Under the pieces are notes generated by a model. It was not told the origin of the DNA. It searched no databases and was given only the letters and a program-made list of their open reading frames with translations. Both the position numbers and the translations under genes were made by a program. Below, piece by piece: positions 46,870 through 62,940 of a DNA stretch of 64,000 nucleotides; within the stretch, counting starts at the first letter, position 1; each line of letters opens with the position of its first letter. The stretch comes from the human T2T-CHM13v2.0 reference genome, Homo sapiens, in assembly GCF_009914755.1 (NCBI RefSeq), contig NC_060926.1; one strand, given 5' to 3'.

Positions 46870-47032
46870 AACCTTTGTTATCCAAAAGGGAGCCCCGAGA
46901 CCAGCAGCATCATTACCCTGGAGATTGTTAGTAATGTAGATACTAAGGCCCCACTCTAAAGCTGATGAATCAGAATCTGCCTTTAAAATATATGGGTAAT
47001 TCATGAGTACACTGTAGTTTGAGAAGCTCTGG
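46870..47032 (+). mobile_element. MER5A (hAT-Charlie); similar MER5 remnants near 43120-43330, 50445-50610 and 51140-51245
   Basis: gaccagcagcatc...gaatcagaatctgc...agtttgagaagctctg. Confidence 0.8.
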
Positions 47033-47115
47033 TCTAGAATACACTGAAGTAGCAGCTTTTTACAACTAGACAGATGAGCAAAACACAAGTGAACAAAGAA
47101 TATAGAAGGGGAAAC

Positions 47116-49290
<2,175 letters not shown>

Positions 49291-49539
49291 AACTGTTATA
49301 TACAACCACGTTTAATCTTCACAACAAACTCTGTAAATTAGGTACAATTGTTACCCCTTTCACAAAAAGGGACTGGAACCTAGGCCCAAATACATAAGAA
49401 ATTTGCCCAAGATTATATCAGAAGTAAGCAGAGATGCTCAAATTTAACTCCAATTCCCTTGCCTGAGGGCTGCCATGCTGTATACTGCCTGGGAGTGTCC
49501 CATTCACTCTCTGCTAAGTAGTCTAAGATGCTATATGTT

Positions 49540-49890
49540 GCCACTTCAAATAATGTATATCTACACGGTTTGGTAACATGTAATCCTTAGAAAACACATT
49601 TAAAATATGTGTTAAAATGAGGAAATGCTTATGATATAATGTTAATTGGAAAAAAATCATTGAAAAACAACACATACAATTTTTTGTGTATACATACACA
49701 CATATAGTGTATATGTGCACACAATACACAATTTTGGAACACTCATATGTAATTGTTTTATATTTCTTTCCTATTTCCATATACACCCACATACGGTGTG
49801 ATTTTAATTTTCTTTTGTTTAGTTTTATGTCATTTCTATTTTTTCTAAAATGAGAAGGTACTGTGTAATCAGAAAAATAAAACAATAAAC
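49540..49890 (+). mobile_element. L1ME-type 3' fragment
   Basis: aaatgcttatgatataatgtt...tgtaatcagaaaaataaaacaataaa. Confidence 0.6.
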
Positions 49891-52209
49891 ATATTTTGAA
49901 AGAGACTTTCTTGCATTGGCTCTACTGATGACAATTATGCATTTAAATTACTTAAATAAGCTTGTGGGAGATTCTGCTTTACTTCCTTATCCTATATTTA
50001 TAAATATTTTTTAACTTTAAACTGAGCTCTTTCCTTTGACTATAGTTTCTGTGGGACCTAAGCACTGGTATTTTCTGAAGATCTCCAAATAATATTATTT
50101 GAAGGAACTTGGGGCCAAGATCACAAATCCAATTTATGAAATCACTCAGTAACAACTAGAAAATATTTTCAATGACTTGGAAAATCGGATTAGATGATGA
50201 ATTGTGGAAGATGGTTTTAATCTTGAAGCTGAGATACGTGAATGCTGCTATATTAAAACATTTAAGATGATGTTTCTATACACAATTTTCAGTTTTGCTT
50301 CTCTCCCATAACTTTAAAAATTATTATTAATCAAGAACTTCATGAACAATATATGTCATAATATAAGACAACAATATAAGAAGTCATCTATAAAAATTAA
50401 GAGGGACATGTACATACATGAAACACATGGGCAAAATGTCTAAGTTGGTGCCTCTTAAATTTTAGCATGAATACAAATCCTCTTGGGGAATTTGTTAAAA
50501 CACAGTCTCATTCAATAAGTGTGATGGGTGGATTTGAGATTCTTAATCTCTAACAACTCTCTGATGCTGCTGTTGTTCTATGGGAGTCACACCTTGAATA
50601 ACAAGGCTATAAGTTTCCTTTAAGCCTTAAAGATGGAGATTAATAACCTCCATCTCGAAAGAGATCATGCCTTTCCTAAAGTCACTCCCATTCAAACCGC
50701 AGTAGTTTCTTAAGTGATTTTCTGTCTTCTGTCTCCCTCCCATTACTGTCATTCACATTGTTTCCAAGGTAATCTCCTAAAATGCAAATCAGTTGAAGCT
50801 ATACTTTGCTTGGATGATATTTCATTGCCCATCTGGTCTCAAATCCAAATGCTTACAGCAGCCAGGCACATAATGTGAATGAGTGAAGCAAGGGTAAGAG
50901 GAGGGGTAGGTCATGAGGAATAGTGGCAAACTAAGGACTGTGGCAGACTGATGTGTGCATACCTTTTCTAAAAGAAACGTATTACTGGGCTCCAGCCAGG
51001 AGTCACTATGTCTATGTGGGAAGATGAGTCTGATAATGCCAAATCTTCTAGTTTTTTTAAAGAAACAGGAAATCTAGATTTCTTTTTTAACAGAAACTCC
51101 AACATTTTAAGATTGACATTTTTTTTTAGGCTGGATGCCCACCAAAACCTACATAGAATCTCTAGGAATGAGATGCAGACATCAGTATTTTTTTCAACAC
51201 CCCCCAGGTGACTCCAGTGTGCAGCCAGAGTTGAGAAACACTAACCCACACATTCCCCATGGCACCAACTACAGAGGGCCTGAACTTAACCAAGGGTTGA
51301 AGCTATAGAAGTACAGATTGGTTCCTGAAGGGAGTTCTATTATACGAACATTATTTCTGATGTGTAAGAGAAGGACTGATTATGCCTTCTCAAAAAAAAT
51401 AATTAGCAAGTATTTGTTTGCATAGTATTTTAATACCTCCTACAACAAATTCTGAGTTTCAAAGGTTGAATTCAAGCTTTGGGGCATCAAGTTGATTTAT
51501 AATACAATTTAAGAGTATTTAAGGTTTTAAACCAAAGGATGGTTTATAATCATCCATGTCTGCTATTTCATTGTCTCTTATATATGCAAAAGAAAAAAGA
51601 ATTTTCATATTCGGTAAAGAAAGTATAATTAAAACAATTACCCAGAGTCAAAGGTCGTATTTAAAAATCCTTTAGTTCATTTATTTCAACACATCCTGAA
51701 TAAAGTATCACATTTATTAAGAGCTATGAAAGTTGCTGTGTTTCTTGTTCTGAATGTATTCCAGTAAGAAATGATAGAGGCATTTTCAAAGTTTACTTAG
51801 AAAGAACTTACTGAGTAGACTAACAAGCCATATACACCAGCTTCCTGCTGTTGAATTGAGCTGTGGGTAGCAGAGAACACCTGCTTTCTCTGTGTTACCA
51901 CATTATTTATAGGAGCTTCACTAATGAATCCTCAGCTTGATGCCTTATTTCTATGTTAAATCTTCTTTGAAAGGAACATTTCCTATTCTGTGCCTCATAT
52001 CCACACCCAAACAAAAGTCCAAAATGTAATATGCTGCTTACTATTTAAGGACACATAAAATTGAATTTCTTTTCCATGAACAAGAAATTAGATTGTTGAA
52101 AAACCACAGATAAAAACTATTTGGAAGTTTACACTATGGATGGGAAAGGAAACAAAACAATATTTTTGGAGTCGCTACTAAAATGTGGATACTTTCACAA
52201 ACATTTTCT

Positions 52210-55200
52210 TTTTTTTAACTTTTATTTTATGTTCAGGGATACAGTGAAGGTTTGTTACATAGGTAAACTCCTGTCACGGGGTTTGTTGTACAGATTATTT
52301 CATCACCCAGGTATTAAGCCCAGTCCCCAATAGTTATCTTTTCTGCTCCTCTTCCTTCCCCCATCCTCCACCCTCAAGAAGACCCCAGTGTCGATTGTTT
52401 TCTTCTTTGTGTTCATAAGTGCTCATGATTTGACTCTCACTTATATGTGAAAACATGCAGTATTTTGTTTTCTGTTCCTGCATTAGTTTGCTAAGGATAA
52501 TAGCCTCCAGCTCCATCCATGTTCCTGCAAAGGACATGATCTCATTCTTTTTTATGGCTGCATAGTATTCCATGGTGTATATGTACCACATTTTCTTTAT
52601 TCAATCTGTCATTGATGGGCATTTAGGATCATTTTATGTCTTCCCTGTTGTGAATAGTGCTACAGTGAACATTCACATGCATGTGTCTTTATGGTAGAAT
52701 GATTTATATTCCTCTGGGTATATGCCCAGTAATGGGATTGCTGGGTTGAATGGTATTTCTGCTTTTAGCTTTAAGGAGTCTCCATACTGTGATTTACACA
52801 CTCCTATCAATGGTGTATAAGTGTTCCCTTTGCTCTGCAACTTCAACAACATCTGTTATTTTTTGACTTTGCCATTCAGACTGGTGTGAGATGGTATCTC
52901 ATTGTGGTTTTTATTTGTATTTCTCTAATAATCAGTGATATTGAGCTTTTTTTTCATGTTTGTGGGCTACATGTATGTCTTCTTTTGAGAAGTGTCTGTT
53001 CATGTCCTTTATCCACTTTTTAATGGAGTTGTTTGTTTTTCTCTTGTACATTTGTTTAAGTTCCTTATATATGCTGGCTATTAGGCCTTTGTCAGATGCA
53101 TAGTTTATAAATATTTTCTCCCATTCTGTAGGTTGTCTGTTTACTCTGTTGATAGTTTCTTTTGCTTTGCAGAAGCTCTTTAGTTTAATGAGATCCCACT
53201 TGTCAATTTTTGCTTTGTTGCAATTGTTTTTGGTGTGTTTGTCATGAACTCTTTGCCTATTCCTATGTCTAGGATGATATTGCCTAAGTTGTCTTCCAGG
53301 GTTTTTATAGTTTTGGGTTTTACATTTAAGTCCTTAATCAACCCATCTTGAGTTGATTTTTGCATATGGTGTAAGGAAGGGTTCACCTTTAATCTTCTGC
53401 ATGTGGCTAGTCAATTATTCCAGCATTTATTGAATAGGGAGTCTTTACCCTATCACTTGTTTTTGTCAGCTTTTTTGAAGATCAGGTGGTCATAGGTTTG
53501 CGGCCTTATTTCTGGATTCCCTATTCTGTTTCATTGGTCTATGTGCTTGTTTTTGTACTAGTTCCATGCTGTTTTGGTTACTGTAGCCCTGTAGTATAGT
53601 TTGAACTTTGGTAACATAATGCCTCCAGCTTTGTTCTTTTTGTTTAGGATTGCCTTGGCTATTTGGGCTCTTTTTGATCTTATATGAATTTTAAAATAGG
53701 TTTTTCTAGGTCTGTGAAGAATGTCATTGGTATTTTGACAAGAATAGCATTGAATCTGTAAATTGCTTTGTGAAGTATGGCCATTTTAATGATATTCATT
53801 CTTCCTATCCATGAGTATGGAATGTGTTTCCATTTGTTTGTGTCTTCTGTGAATTCTTTGGGCAGTGTTCCCTAATTCTCATTGTAGAGATCTTTCACCT
53901 CCCTGGTTAGCTGTATTCCTAGGAATTTAATTTGTTTTGCAGCAACTGTGAATGGGATTGCCTTTCTGATTTGTGTCTTGGCTTGGCTGTTGTTGGTGTA
54001 TAGGAATGCTAATTATTTCTGTACATTGATTTTGTATCCTGAAACTTTGCTGAAGTTATCAGCTGAAGGAGCTTTTGACCGAGACTATGGGGTTTTCTAG
54101 ATATAGAATCATGTCATCTGCAAAAAGAGAGAGTTTGACTTCCTCTCTTCCTATTTGGATGCACTTTATTTCTTTCTCTTGCCTGATTGTGCTGGCTAGG
54201 ATTTCCAATACTATGTTGAATAAGAGTGGTGAAAGAGGGCATCCTTGTCTTATGCCAGTTTTCAAGGGAAAGGCTTCCAGCATTTGCCCATTCAGTATAA
54301 TGTTGGCTGTGGGTTTGTCATAGATGGCTCTTATTATTTGGAGGTATGTTCCTTCAGTATCTAGTTTATTGAAGATTTTTAAAATGAAGGAGTGCTTAAT
54401 TTTATTGAAAGCCTCTTCCACATCTATTGAGAAAATCATGTAGTTTTTGTCTTTAGTTCTGTTTATGTGATGAATCACATTTATTGATTTGCATATGTTG
54501 AACCAACCTTGTATCCCAGGGATGGAGCCTACTTGATCGTGGTGGAATAGCTTTTTGATGTGCTGTTCAATTTGGTTTTGTAAGTGTTTTGTTGCGGACT
54601 TCTGCATCAATATTCATCAAGGATATTGGCCTGGTTTTCATTTTTTGTTGTGTCTCTGCCGGGTTTGGGCCTCATAGAATGAGTTGGGGAGGAGTCCTTC
54701 CTCCTCAATTTTTGGGAATAGTTTTTGTAGGAATGGTTCCAGCTCTTCTTTGTACCTCTGGTGGAATTTGGCTATGAATCCATCTGGTCTTAGGCATTTT
54801 TTTTGTTGATAGGCTGTTTATTATTTGTTCAATTTTGGAGCTCGTTATTGGTCTGTTCTGAGAATCAATTTCTTCATGATTCAGTCTTGGGAGGTATATG
54901 TGTCTAGAATTTATCCATCTCTTTTAGGTCTGTATAGAGGTGTTCGTTGTAGTTTCTGATGGTTATTTTTATTTCTATGGGGTCAGTGGTAACATTCCCT
55001 TCATTATTTCTAATGATGTTTATTTGGATCTTCTCTCTTTTCTCCTTTATTACTCTAGCTAGCAGCCAATCTACCTTATTAAGTTTTTCAAGAAACCAAC
55101 TTCTGGATTCATTGATCTTTTGAATGTTTTTTCATGTCTTCATTTCTTTCAGTTTAGCTCTGATTTGGGTTACTTCTTGTCTTTTGCTAGCTTTAGGGTT

Positions 55201-55804
55201 GATTTGTTCTTGCTTCTCTAATTCTTTCTGTTGCAATGATAGGTTGTTAGTTTGAGATCATTCTAACTTCTTGATGTTAGAAAGACATTTAGGGGAGAAC
55301 ACTAAATGTTGGGCATTTAGTTCTATGAATTTCCCTCTTCACACTGCCTTAGCTGTGTCCCAGAGATTCTAGTATGTTGTATCTTTGTTCTCATTAGTTC
55401 CAAAGAACTTTTTGATTTTTGCTTTAATTTCACTAATTACCCAAAAGTCACTCAGGAGCATGTTGTTTAATTTTCATGTAATTGCATGGTCTTAAGTGAT
55501 TCTCCTTGTCTTGACTCTATTTTCATTGTGCTGTGGTCTGAGAGTGTGTTTGGTATGATTTCAGTTCTTTTCCATTTGCTGAGGATTGTTTTATGTCCAA
55601 TTATGCGGTCAATTTTAGAGTATGTGCCATGTGGTGATGAGAATAATGTACATTCTGTTGTTTTGGGATAAAAGGTTCTGTAGATGTCTAATATATCCAT
55701 TTGGTCCAATGTTGAGTTCAGATATTAAATATCTTTGTTAATTTTCTGCCTTGATTATCTGTCTAATACTGTTAGTAGAGTTTTGAAGTCTCCCACTATT
55801 ATTG
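52210..55804 (-). mobile_element. 5'-truncated older primate L1 (L1PA13-16 range), sense to CCDC141
   Basis: ORF2 remnants in the ORF track (EN 55467..55709, RT 54059..54610 with LFADD, C-terminus 52334..52591). 15-bp TSD tcacaaa(c/t)attttct at 52195-209 and 55805-819. Confidence 0.95.
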
Positions 55805-56234
55805 TCACAAATATTTTCTAATTGAATTTTCAAGGCTCTATCTTACAAGTGAGGAAAGTGGGGCTCGCAGGGATGTAATGTATCCAAGGTATGTCATTCA
55901 TTATGTAGTGAATGACATAGCAGGGGTTTAAACCTGTTTTTCTCCATGTAGATGCAACCAAGTATAGCCTTATAGTCAACTTCTAGATATTGCATTGCTC
56001 CCAGAACGTATTCTGTTCTGGAGTAAGGGAAGACAAAGAATATAGAACTATAAACATTTGGTCATTATAATTCCCTTTTCTCTAATCTAATCTGCATGGT
56101 TTTTTTTCTTTTGGTTCGGTTTGTTTTAGAAAGCCTGCTAATTCAAGTGAGAAGAGGCTAATAAAGTGGCTAAGGAAAATGTGTATCCAGCAAAGGCTGC
56201 TAGGTCTTTCCAGAAATCCTAACCCTGTATATAG

Positions 56235-56392
56235 GACTGGCTTCATGGTCAACTGACCTGTGCAATCACACAGAGCCTTACGTTTAAAAGGGGCCCATGC
56301 TGTCCCCATACTGAAATTCTCAATAATATTTTAAGAAAACCTTCCATAATTTTATTTTGCACTGGGCCTCACAAATTATATAGCTGGTTCTT
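56235..56392 (+). mobile_element. MER53-like hAT MITE
   Basis: ttttattttgcactgggcctcacaaattatatagctgg 3' motif. Confidence 0.65.
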
Positions 56393-58757
56393 TCTGTAAA
56401 GTGAAAAGTAAGGTTTTATAGATCACAGAACTTTTCTGTGGGAGACAAAAGGTGGTTGAGTCTCAGGGCACATGGCTGTCTACATACAATAAGGTTGGAT
56501 GCCATAGTCAGGAGATATGCCAGGGGAGAACTTTTTAGGTGTGATGCTTTCTCTCCTTACCTCCCTGGTCATTGCTCACTTTCTACCTTTTTTGGATAGA
56601 AAATAGTACCCTCAGTCCAGTACCAGTAAGAGAGAAAAAACAGGATCCCATGGAAATCTAATCAGATGGATAGTTGATATTAGAGAGGTAGGCAACCTGA
56701 TTTGTTTCTTCATGTGTCCACACCAACTCTCCACCATGTGAGGTGGGTAGAATACCACCCAGAGAAATAGGTCATGGATAAAAGTAAGGTCCAGAATCTA
56801 ATCACTGGGAGGTCGTCCAAGGGGTATACTCTTTTGTGTGTGTGGTGGAGGGGGGGTGTTGGGGGACAAATGGGAATGGTTGAATCCTAATTGTAGCAAA
56901 AGAAGTCAACTGCACTTAGGGGTATCTCCCCAACTCACCCACAAGGGGTAAATTAAAGCACTGGCTTTCATATCCCCACTATACCAAAGTTACTGATATC
57001 CCAATGGAACATTAATTCACAGGGATAAACAACATCTGTTGACCACAAGCAACACTGAAATACAGAAGAAGCAGAATTAATGCACTGGACAGACCAAAAA
57101 TTTAATATGTTAAAAAGAATATCTTAAGATATGAGGAAATACATTAGATAGGTAAAACAGAAAACCATTTATGAAGAAGAATCAATGTCAGCAACTGGGC
57201 ATGAAAAATGTAATAGCTGAAGTGAAGAACTTGGCAGGAGGGCTGAATGGCAGAAGGAGTACAGCAGAAGAAAGAATGAGTGCTCTATAAGATCAGAGAT
57301 TAGGAAAGAATAAAGAAATGGGGGAGGCAGTGATAAGTTAGGAAGGATAGAAGTAGAACATCATCTACGTAATACAACTTTCCAAATTTACATTGCAACT
57401 AGAAATTAGCATACTGAAGAACACAAAGAACTGTATAAACTAGATGCAAACAGTGTTATGGCAAAAAACAATATGAGATCTATGGCTTCATTCTATTTAT
57501 GCAAATGGAAACACGTAACTCTGTATTTTAGAAATAGGACTATGTCTAAAGACATATGTTGAGCCCATTAGAGTAGGTCCCTGTGAGAATGAGAATGTGA
57601 GGGATAGAGAGAATAAAGGGGAAGACAATAAGGTAAACCAAAAGGGAAGTGTAACTCTACTCTGAGGGCTAAAAAAATGTTTTTAAAGATATTGGGTGGA
57701 TAGATAGATAAAAGGAGGTTAAGTGATTATCTAAAGTCACAAGGGAATCACAAAAAAACCTAAAAGGATGCTTCTTCTTCACAACGTAAAAGACTTACTA
57801 CACAGACATTAATCAAATGTCCTTTTCATATCAGGCACTGTCCAATGTGCTGGGAATACCAAGGTAAGATACTGTCTACTTTAAAAAAATACTGCTACTT
57901 CCCCCGCCCAGACTTACTCCTTTCAACCAGCTCTGGAAAGGTGTTTTCTACACTCATCTTGCTTTCAATATAACAAGCATAATTGATACTGAAATGTACA
58001 TCCTATCTCCTTTACAGGATTTGAAAATTAAAGAAAGTTTTGAGGTCATCTAGGCCTACCTCTCGTTGCTTCAGGAATCTCTTCTATTTCCCAACCTGTG
58101 GAAGTCTATTTTTCTGTCATGACCATGGATTATTATTTCTTTCCTACAGAATGGCTGTGGATAAGTCTATTGCCTCTAAGACAACTCTCCTTAGCCTCTC
58201 TTCTCTGGCTTACACATTATGAGGACTTTAACTCTCATCATAGACAGCCTGGTCTGATTGCTGTTTGCCTTATTCTGCCATATTCTGGTTTGACCACCCC
58301 CTCCTAACCAACAACTCATATTCCATCCATCTGTTCAAACCCCATCCTTCCAGAAAGCTGTCCTGGATCACCCCAGAATAAAGCACCACTCCCCCTTGTG
58401 CATATACACTGATGGGGGTCTCTCTAACCCCATATGATTCGGAGACTCCTGAAGTCTTAATAGCCAGTTATCTTGCCAGTGAATTATCTAGTGTCTGAAA
58501 TTCATGGCAAGTATCTTTAGAACCTTTTTGTATCTACAAGTTATATGTGAGCATTCATCTTCATTTGACTGAATCAGTCTAAATAATTAGTCAACATTTT
58601 TGTAATTTGTAATTAAAGATGGATTTAAGATTGATGGCTCTATAGCTCAACCCATAGTTTGGAAGGAAAATCTTACATTGGAAAGAATGCTTCACATAAA
58701 TAAATAAAAAAAGAAATCCCAATAAATAAACGAACCTCCCCCTTTAGAAAATAAATT

Positions 58758-59078
58758 TGCCAGGTATGAGAGTTCATGCCTGTAATCCCAGCACTTTAGA
58801 AGGCTGAGGTGGGAGGATCACTTGAGGCCAGGAGTTCATAACCAGCCTGAGAAACATAGCAAGACCCCGTCTCTACAAAAAAAAAATAAAAACAAAATTT
58901 GCCAGGTATGGGGGTGTGCAGCTGCAGTCCCAGGTGCTCGGGAGGCTGAGGTGGGAGAATCGCTTGAGCCCAGGATTTCGAGGCTGCGGTGAGTATGATT
59001 GCACCACTGTGCTCCAGCCTGAGTGACAGAGAGAGATCCCATCTCAAAAAAAAAAAAAAAAAAAGGGAAAAGAAAAGA
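58758..59078 (+). mobile_element. AluJ
   Basis: Full dimer, ttgaggccaggagttc, long A tail. Confidence 0.93.
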
Positions 59079-59237
59079 AATTTACTCTCAGGGATGCTGT
59101 AGAGAAATAGGTTTCTATGCCTCACTTTTCAAAAACAGTTTGGCTTGAAAACTACTTGAGTACATGGGGCAATACTCAGCTTCTGCACAAGATGCAGAGT
59201 AGTTCAGGACCCTAAAGGAAGTGCATATACTTGTCTG

Positions 59238-59368
59238 GAACCTCCCAGGCTCAAACCATCCTCCCACCTCAGCCTCCTGAATAGCTGAGTAGCATGCAAC
59301 ACACCTGGCTAATCGTTTAAATGTTTTGTAGAGATGGAATCTCCCTATGTCATGCAGGCTTGTCTAGA
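59238..59368 (-). mobile_element. AluJ internal fragment
   Basis: caggctcaaaccatcctcccacctcagcctcc...tgtagagatgg. Confidence 0.85.
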
Positions 59369-59387
59369 ATATTATTTATTTCTAAAC

Positions 59388-59905
59388 ACGAATGAGCTAT
59401 CAAGCCATGAAAAGATATAGATAAACTTAAATACATATTACTAAGTGAAAAACACCAATCTGAAAGCCTACATACTGTACGATTCTAACTACATGACATT
59501 CTGGAAAAGGCAAAACTATGAAGACAGTAAAAAGATCAGTGGTTGTCAGGAGTTGGGGGTGTGGAAAGGAATGAACAGGCAGAGCGCAGAGGAGTTTTAG
59601 GGCAGCAAGAATAATCTGTATAATTCAATGATGTTCAATCATTCAATACATATCATCATACATTTGTCCAAACCCATAGAATGTACAACACCAAGAGTGA
59701 ACCCTAATATAAGCAATGAACTTTGGGTAATAATGATGTGTCAATGCAGGTCCATTAATTGTTACAAATGCGCCACTCTGATGGGGATGTTGATTATGGG
59801 GGAGGCTACGAATGTGTAGGGGCAGGGTGTATATGGGAAATCTTTATGCCTTCCTCTCAATTTTGCTGTGAACTTAAAACTGCTCTAAAAATAGTCTTTT
59901 AAAAA
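59388..59905 (+). mobile_element. L1MC-type 3' UTR
   Basis: aatgagctatcaagccatgaaaaga...gacattctggaaaaggcaaaactatg...cttaaaactgctctaaaa. Confidence 0.85.
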
Positions 59906-61139
59906 TTATTTTTTACATCCCTTATACCTGCAACTTAATAATATTGATGGAAAGAATATCTATATGCTTTTTTGTTTATGGACATCAGAGGTTGAAATAT
60001 GAGCTATAAACTATGAGAAAAACTGTGCCCTACTAAGGTCAAACATTAACAAATATTCTACTCTAGACTGTCTTCAGGGCTAGAGGAAACCATAACTCTA
60101 CAATTTATCGTGAATATAACCCCAAGGGATGTCTAAATTATGTGTACACTATATACTGCTTTTTTTGGTATTAAAGGAAGTAGCATCCTATGCAATTCTG
60201 GTGATCTCTTGTGCTTGGCATTTGGGGCTTTTGATAGAATTTTCACTGATAAAACTTGAGTTTGATACAAACAGAATAAATTGCCATATAATTCAATGAA
60301 AAAAGTTAACCTCCTAAACAGATAAACCAAATGCTGAAAAATTTTAAGAAATTAAAAAATAATCAGTCATTATTAGTCAACAGTCTTCTGTAAGTGCACC
60401 TTTTATCAATCAAATATTCAAACCAAAGACTTTGAATGCCTACAAGACACTGGAGTGTTCAAACAGAAGCAAGAAACTGAAACAAATGTGTCATGATCCC
60501 CATGAAAAGATTTAAGTCTAAATAAATGCAATCTACTGCCTCCATCCTCATCCTGCCTACTCCTAACCTCCCAGACATGTGAATATTTGACTTGTCTAGC
60601 CTGTATTCAACTACTGTCTAGTAGTGTTGGCCCATTGTTTTCTAGAGCTTTATGACTTAGCTCTACTTACAACTATCATAATCTAAAATATTAATATACA
60701 AAGTTCCCTAAATCTTGATAGTGATTATTCACTGTTCCCATCCCATCTACTATGACGGACTTCTGTTTTCTTGTGGATCAATATGGAGCCTCTGTAAAGA
60801 ATTTTGGAAAGTATTTACAGACCCCCAGATGTATAAACGCACTGATTTTCAAATAACAAGACACAATGGAGAGAAGGTCAACCAAAACACTGGTGCTTTA
60901 CTCATCTTGCTTTCAGCACTTCATGCTTGCATTTTAATGCATTCTATATACCTATAAGTGGCTGCCTGGCTGGTAGCCATTACTTCTTGTAAAACTGAGA
61001 AATCTGAAGCAAGTTAAAGAGCAAAAGACATGTAAATTGGAACAGCAATCAAATTATATCTGGAAGTCATAAAAGTGATGACTCATAGTGACATCTCAGT
61101 GTAGAAAAAAAATTTTTTAGAAAGCTAAAATGTATAATG

Positions 61140-61370
61140 TTTAAGAGCTTGGGCCTTTGTATTAGACAAAACCTAGAACTGAATTTCAAATCTGCCACTG
61201 ACAAGATATATTACACTGGTCAAGTGACTTGGCATTTCCAAGCCTTTTTGTTTTATTTGTTTTGATGCATAAAATGGAGAAAATAATACCTCCCCCTTAG
61301 GGGTTTTATGATAATTTAGATAATGGATCTCATATACATACTATAGTGCCTGGCACATAGTAACTATTCA
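61140..61370 (+). mobile_element. MIR
   Basis: aaatctgccactgac...taaaatggagaaataatacctc...tagtgcctggcacatagta. Confidence 0.7.
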
Positions 61371-61597
61371 GAAAAATATAGTTATTGTTGTAGAAGCTGT
61401 TAATTTGTTTATCATTATTCTGGAAGCCCTGTCAATGCACAGTGGTATTTGCTAATGTTATTGGGATATTTTTTTACATGAACAGTAGATTAATCAAAGA
61501 CAGTTCTCAGTTCTCCTCTAAATTACCCACAGAAGTATATTCAAGAAAAGTTAATGCATTTTTCAATTATTTTTAGTGTGTCTAATATATCTCTTAC

Positions 61598-61714
61598 CTT
61601 TGCTTTTATTATCAGTTCCTCTTGCTTATGAATTCGATCCTCATTGTCTGAAAGTGATGAACCTAGACTTTGTTCCTGTAAATTTCTTATAGTTTTCTGA
61701 AACCAACAAGTAAC
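61598..61714 (-). CDS. CCDC141: CCDC141 coding exon (probably exon 6), 117 nt, phase 0/0
   Basis: Minus strand: ...cctAG|GTTACT...GCAAAG|GTAAGA. Translates [39 protein letters not shown] and joins the next exon in frame. Not in the ORF track. Exon number is from recall. Confidence 0.9.
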
Positions 61715-62916
61715 CTAGGTAAAAGGCAACAAAGAAAGATCAAAATTCAAATGATCAGAATAAGTGAGTAAAAATTCAGAAATAGTCCCTCAACCTTTCA
61801 AAACTTAAGCTACTTTAATTTCTTTTTATATAAACTATCTCATGTATTAAAATAATATGAACAAGTTTAGAATTTTTTCTTCATTTAACCTCTACATGCA
61901 TAAAAGAGAAAAAATCCCAAAAAGTATGAAAATGACTAATCAGTTCAGTAGATTACATGGCATGAATAAAATGAAAATCTCCTAACAAAGAATCAAAATA
62001 GATTCCCAAGCAGTCCAAAAATCATGAATTCATTTAAAATATATCTTCTTTCCTGGAAATGAATATGAATCTAAGTATAGTTACGTAAACCCATATGAAG
62101 ATATTAAACAGCAGAGGTAGAATTATATTTTCTGCCATAAAATAGACTATGCAGAAATATTTAGTTTGCTACAAGTGCTGGAAATCTGTATCCAGAAAAT
62201 AGAGAGGTTATTAACATTTACATTGACTTGATTTATAATACATGCCATATACAGTGCTGAAACTACAAATAGCAAAGGACTTGAAATAATCTGTACCTTT
62301 CTAAATGATGCCAACACTTGACATGGGGGCCCTGGATGCAGATTCCTTATCTCAATTAAAGGAGACTTAGATTTTTACACTCGAATCCTGTATAGCATTG
62401 TCCTTATGATCACATCATAATGACTGATTCTTAAGAGACTACTACAAGCTAGTTGCTTTTTGGGCATCATCTCTATTTCTCTCAACAACTTTATAACAGT
62501 CATGATATCATCATTTTAGAGATGCGGTAACTGAGTTTTGAAGAGGCAGCTTATCCACAGCCACATAGTAAGTAGCAGAGACAGAATTTGTCCTCCAGTC
62601 TGCAGGATTTCAAATCCATGCTCTTTCCATTGTGCCCTGCTGCCATGCTTGAGTTATTTAAGGTCTTACAGCCCTGCCATCAGCGGGAATGACTTCAAAT
62701 CTGAAAAATGAACACTAGCAGCCCATTCAAAATAATGGGCATATAAATCCCAAGCCTGATACTATGTCTTTCCCCAGCCTAGGTTGTCTTGCCTGAAGCA
62801 GTCTCAGGATTTCTCTGAAATCCTATAACATGGAGAAATGTGTACAACAGGTAGCCAAGGAGAACTCTACATTAGATCAGAAGTTCCACACAATAAATGC
62901 ACATGACACATGCGTG

Positions 62917-62940
62917 CACACACACACACACACACACACA
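62917..62940. repeat. (CA)12 microsatellite
   Basis: Read directly. Confidence 0.95.
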
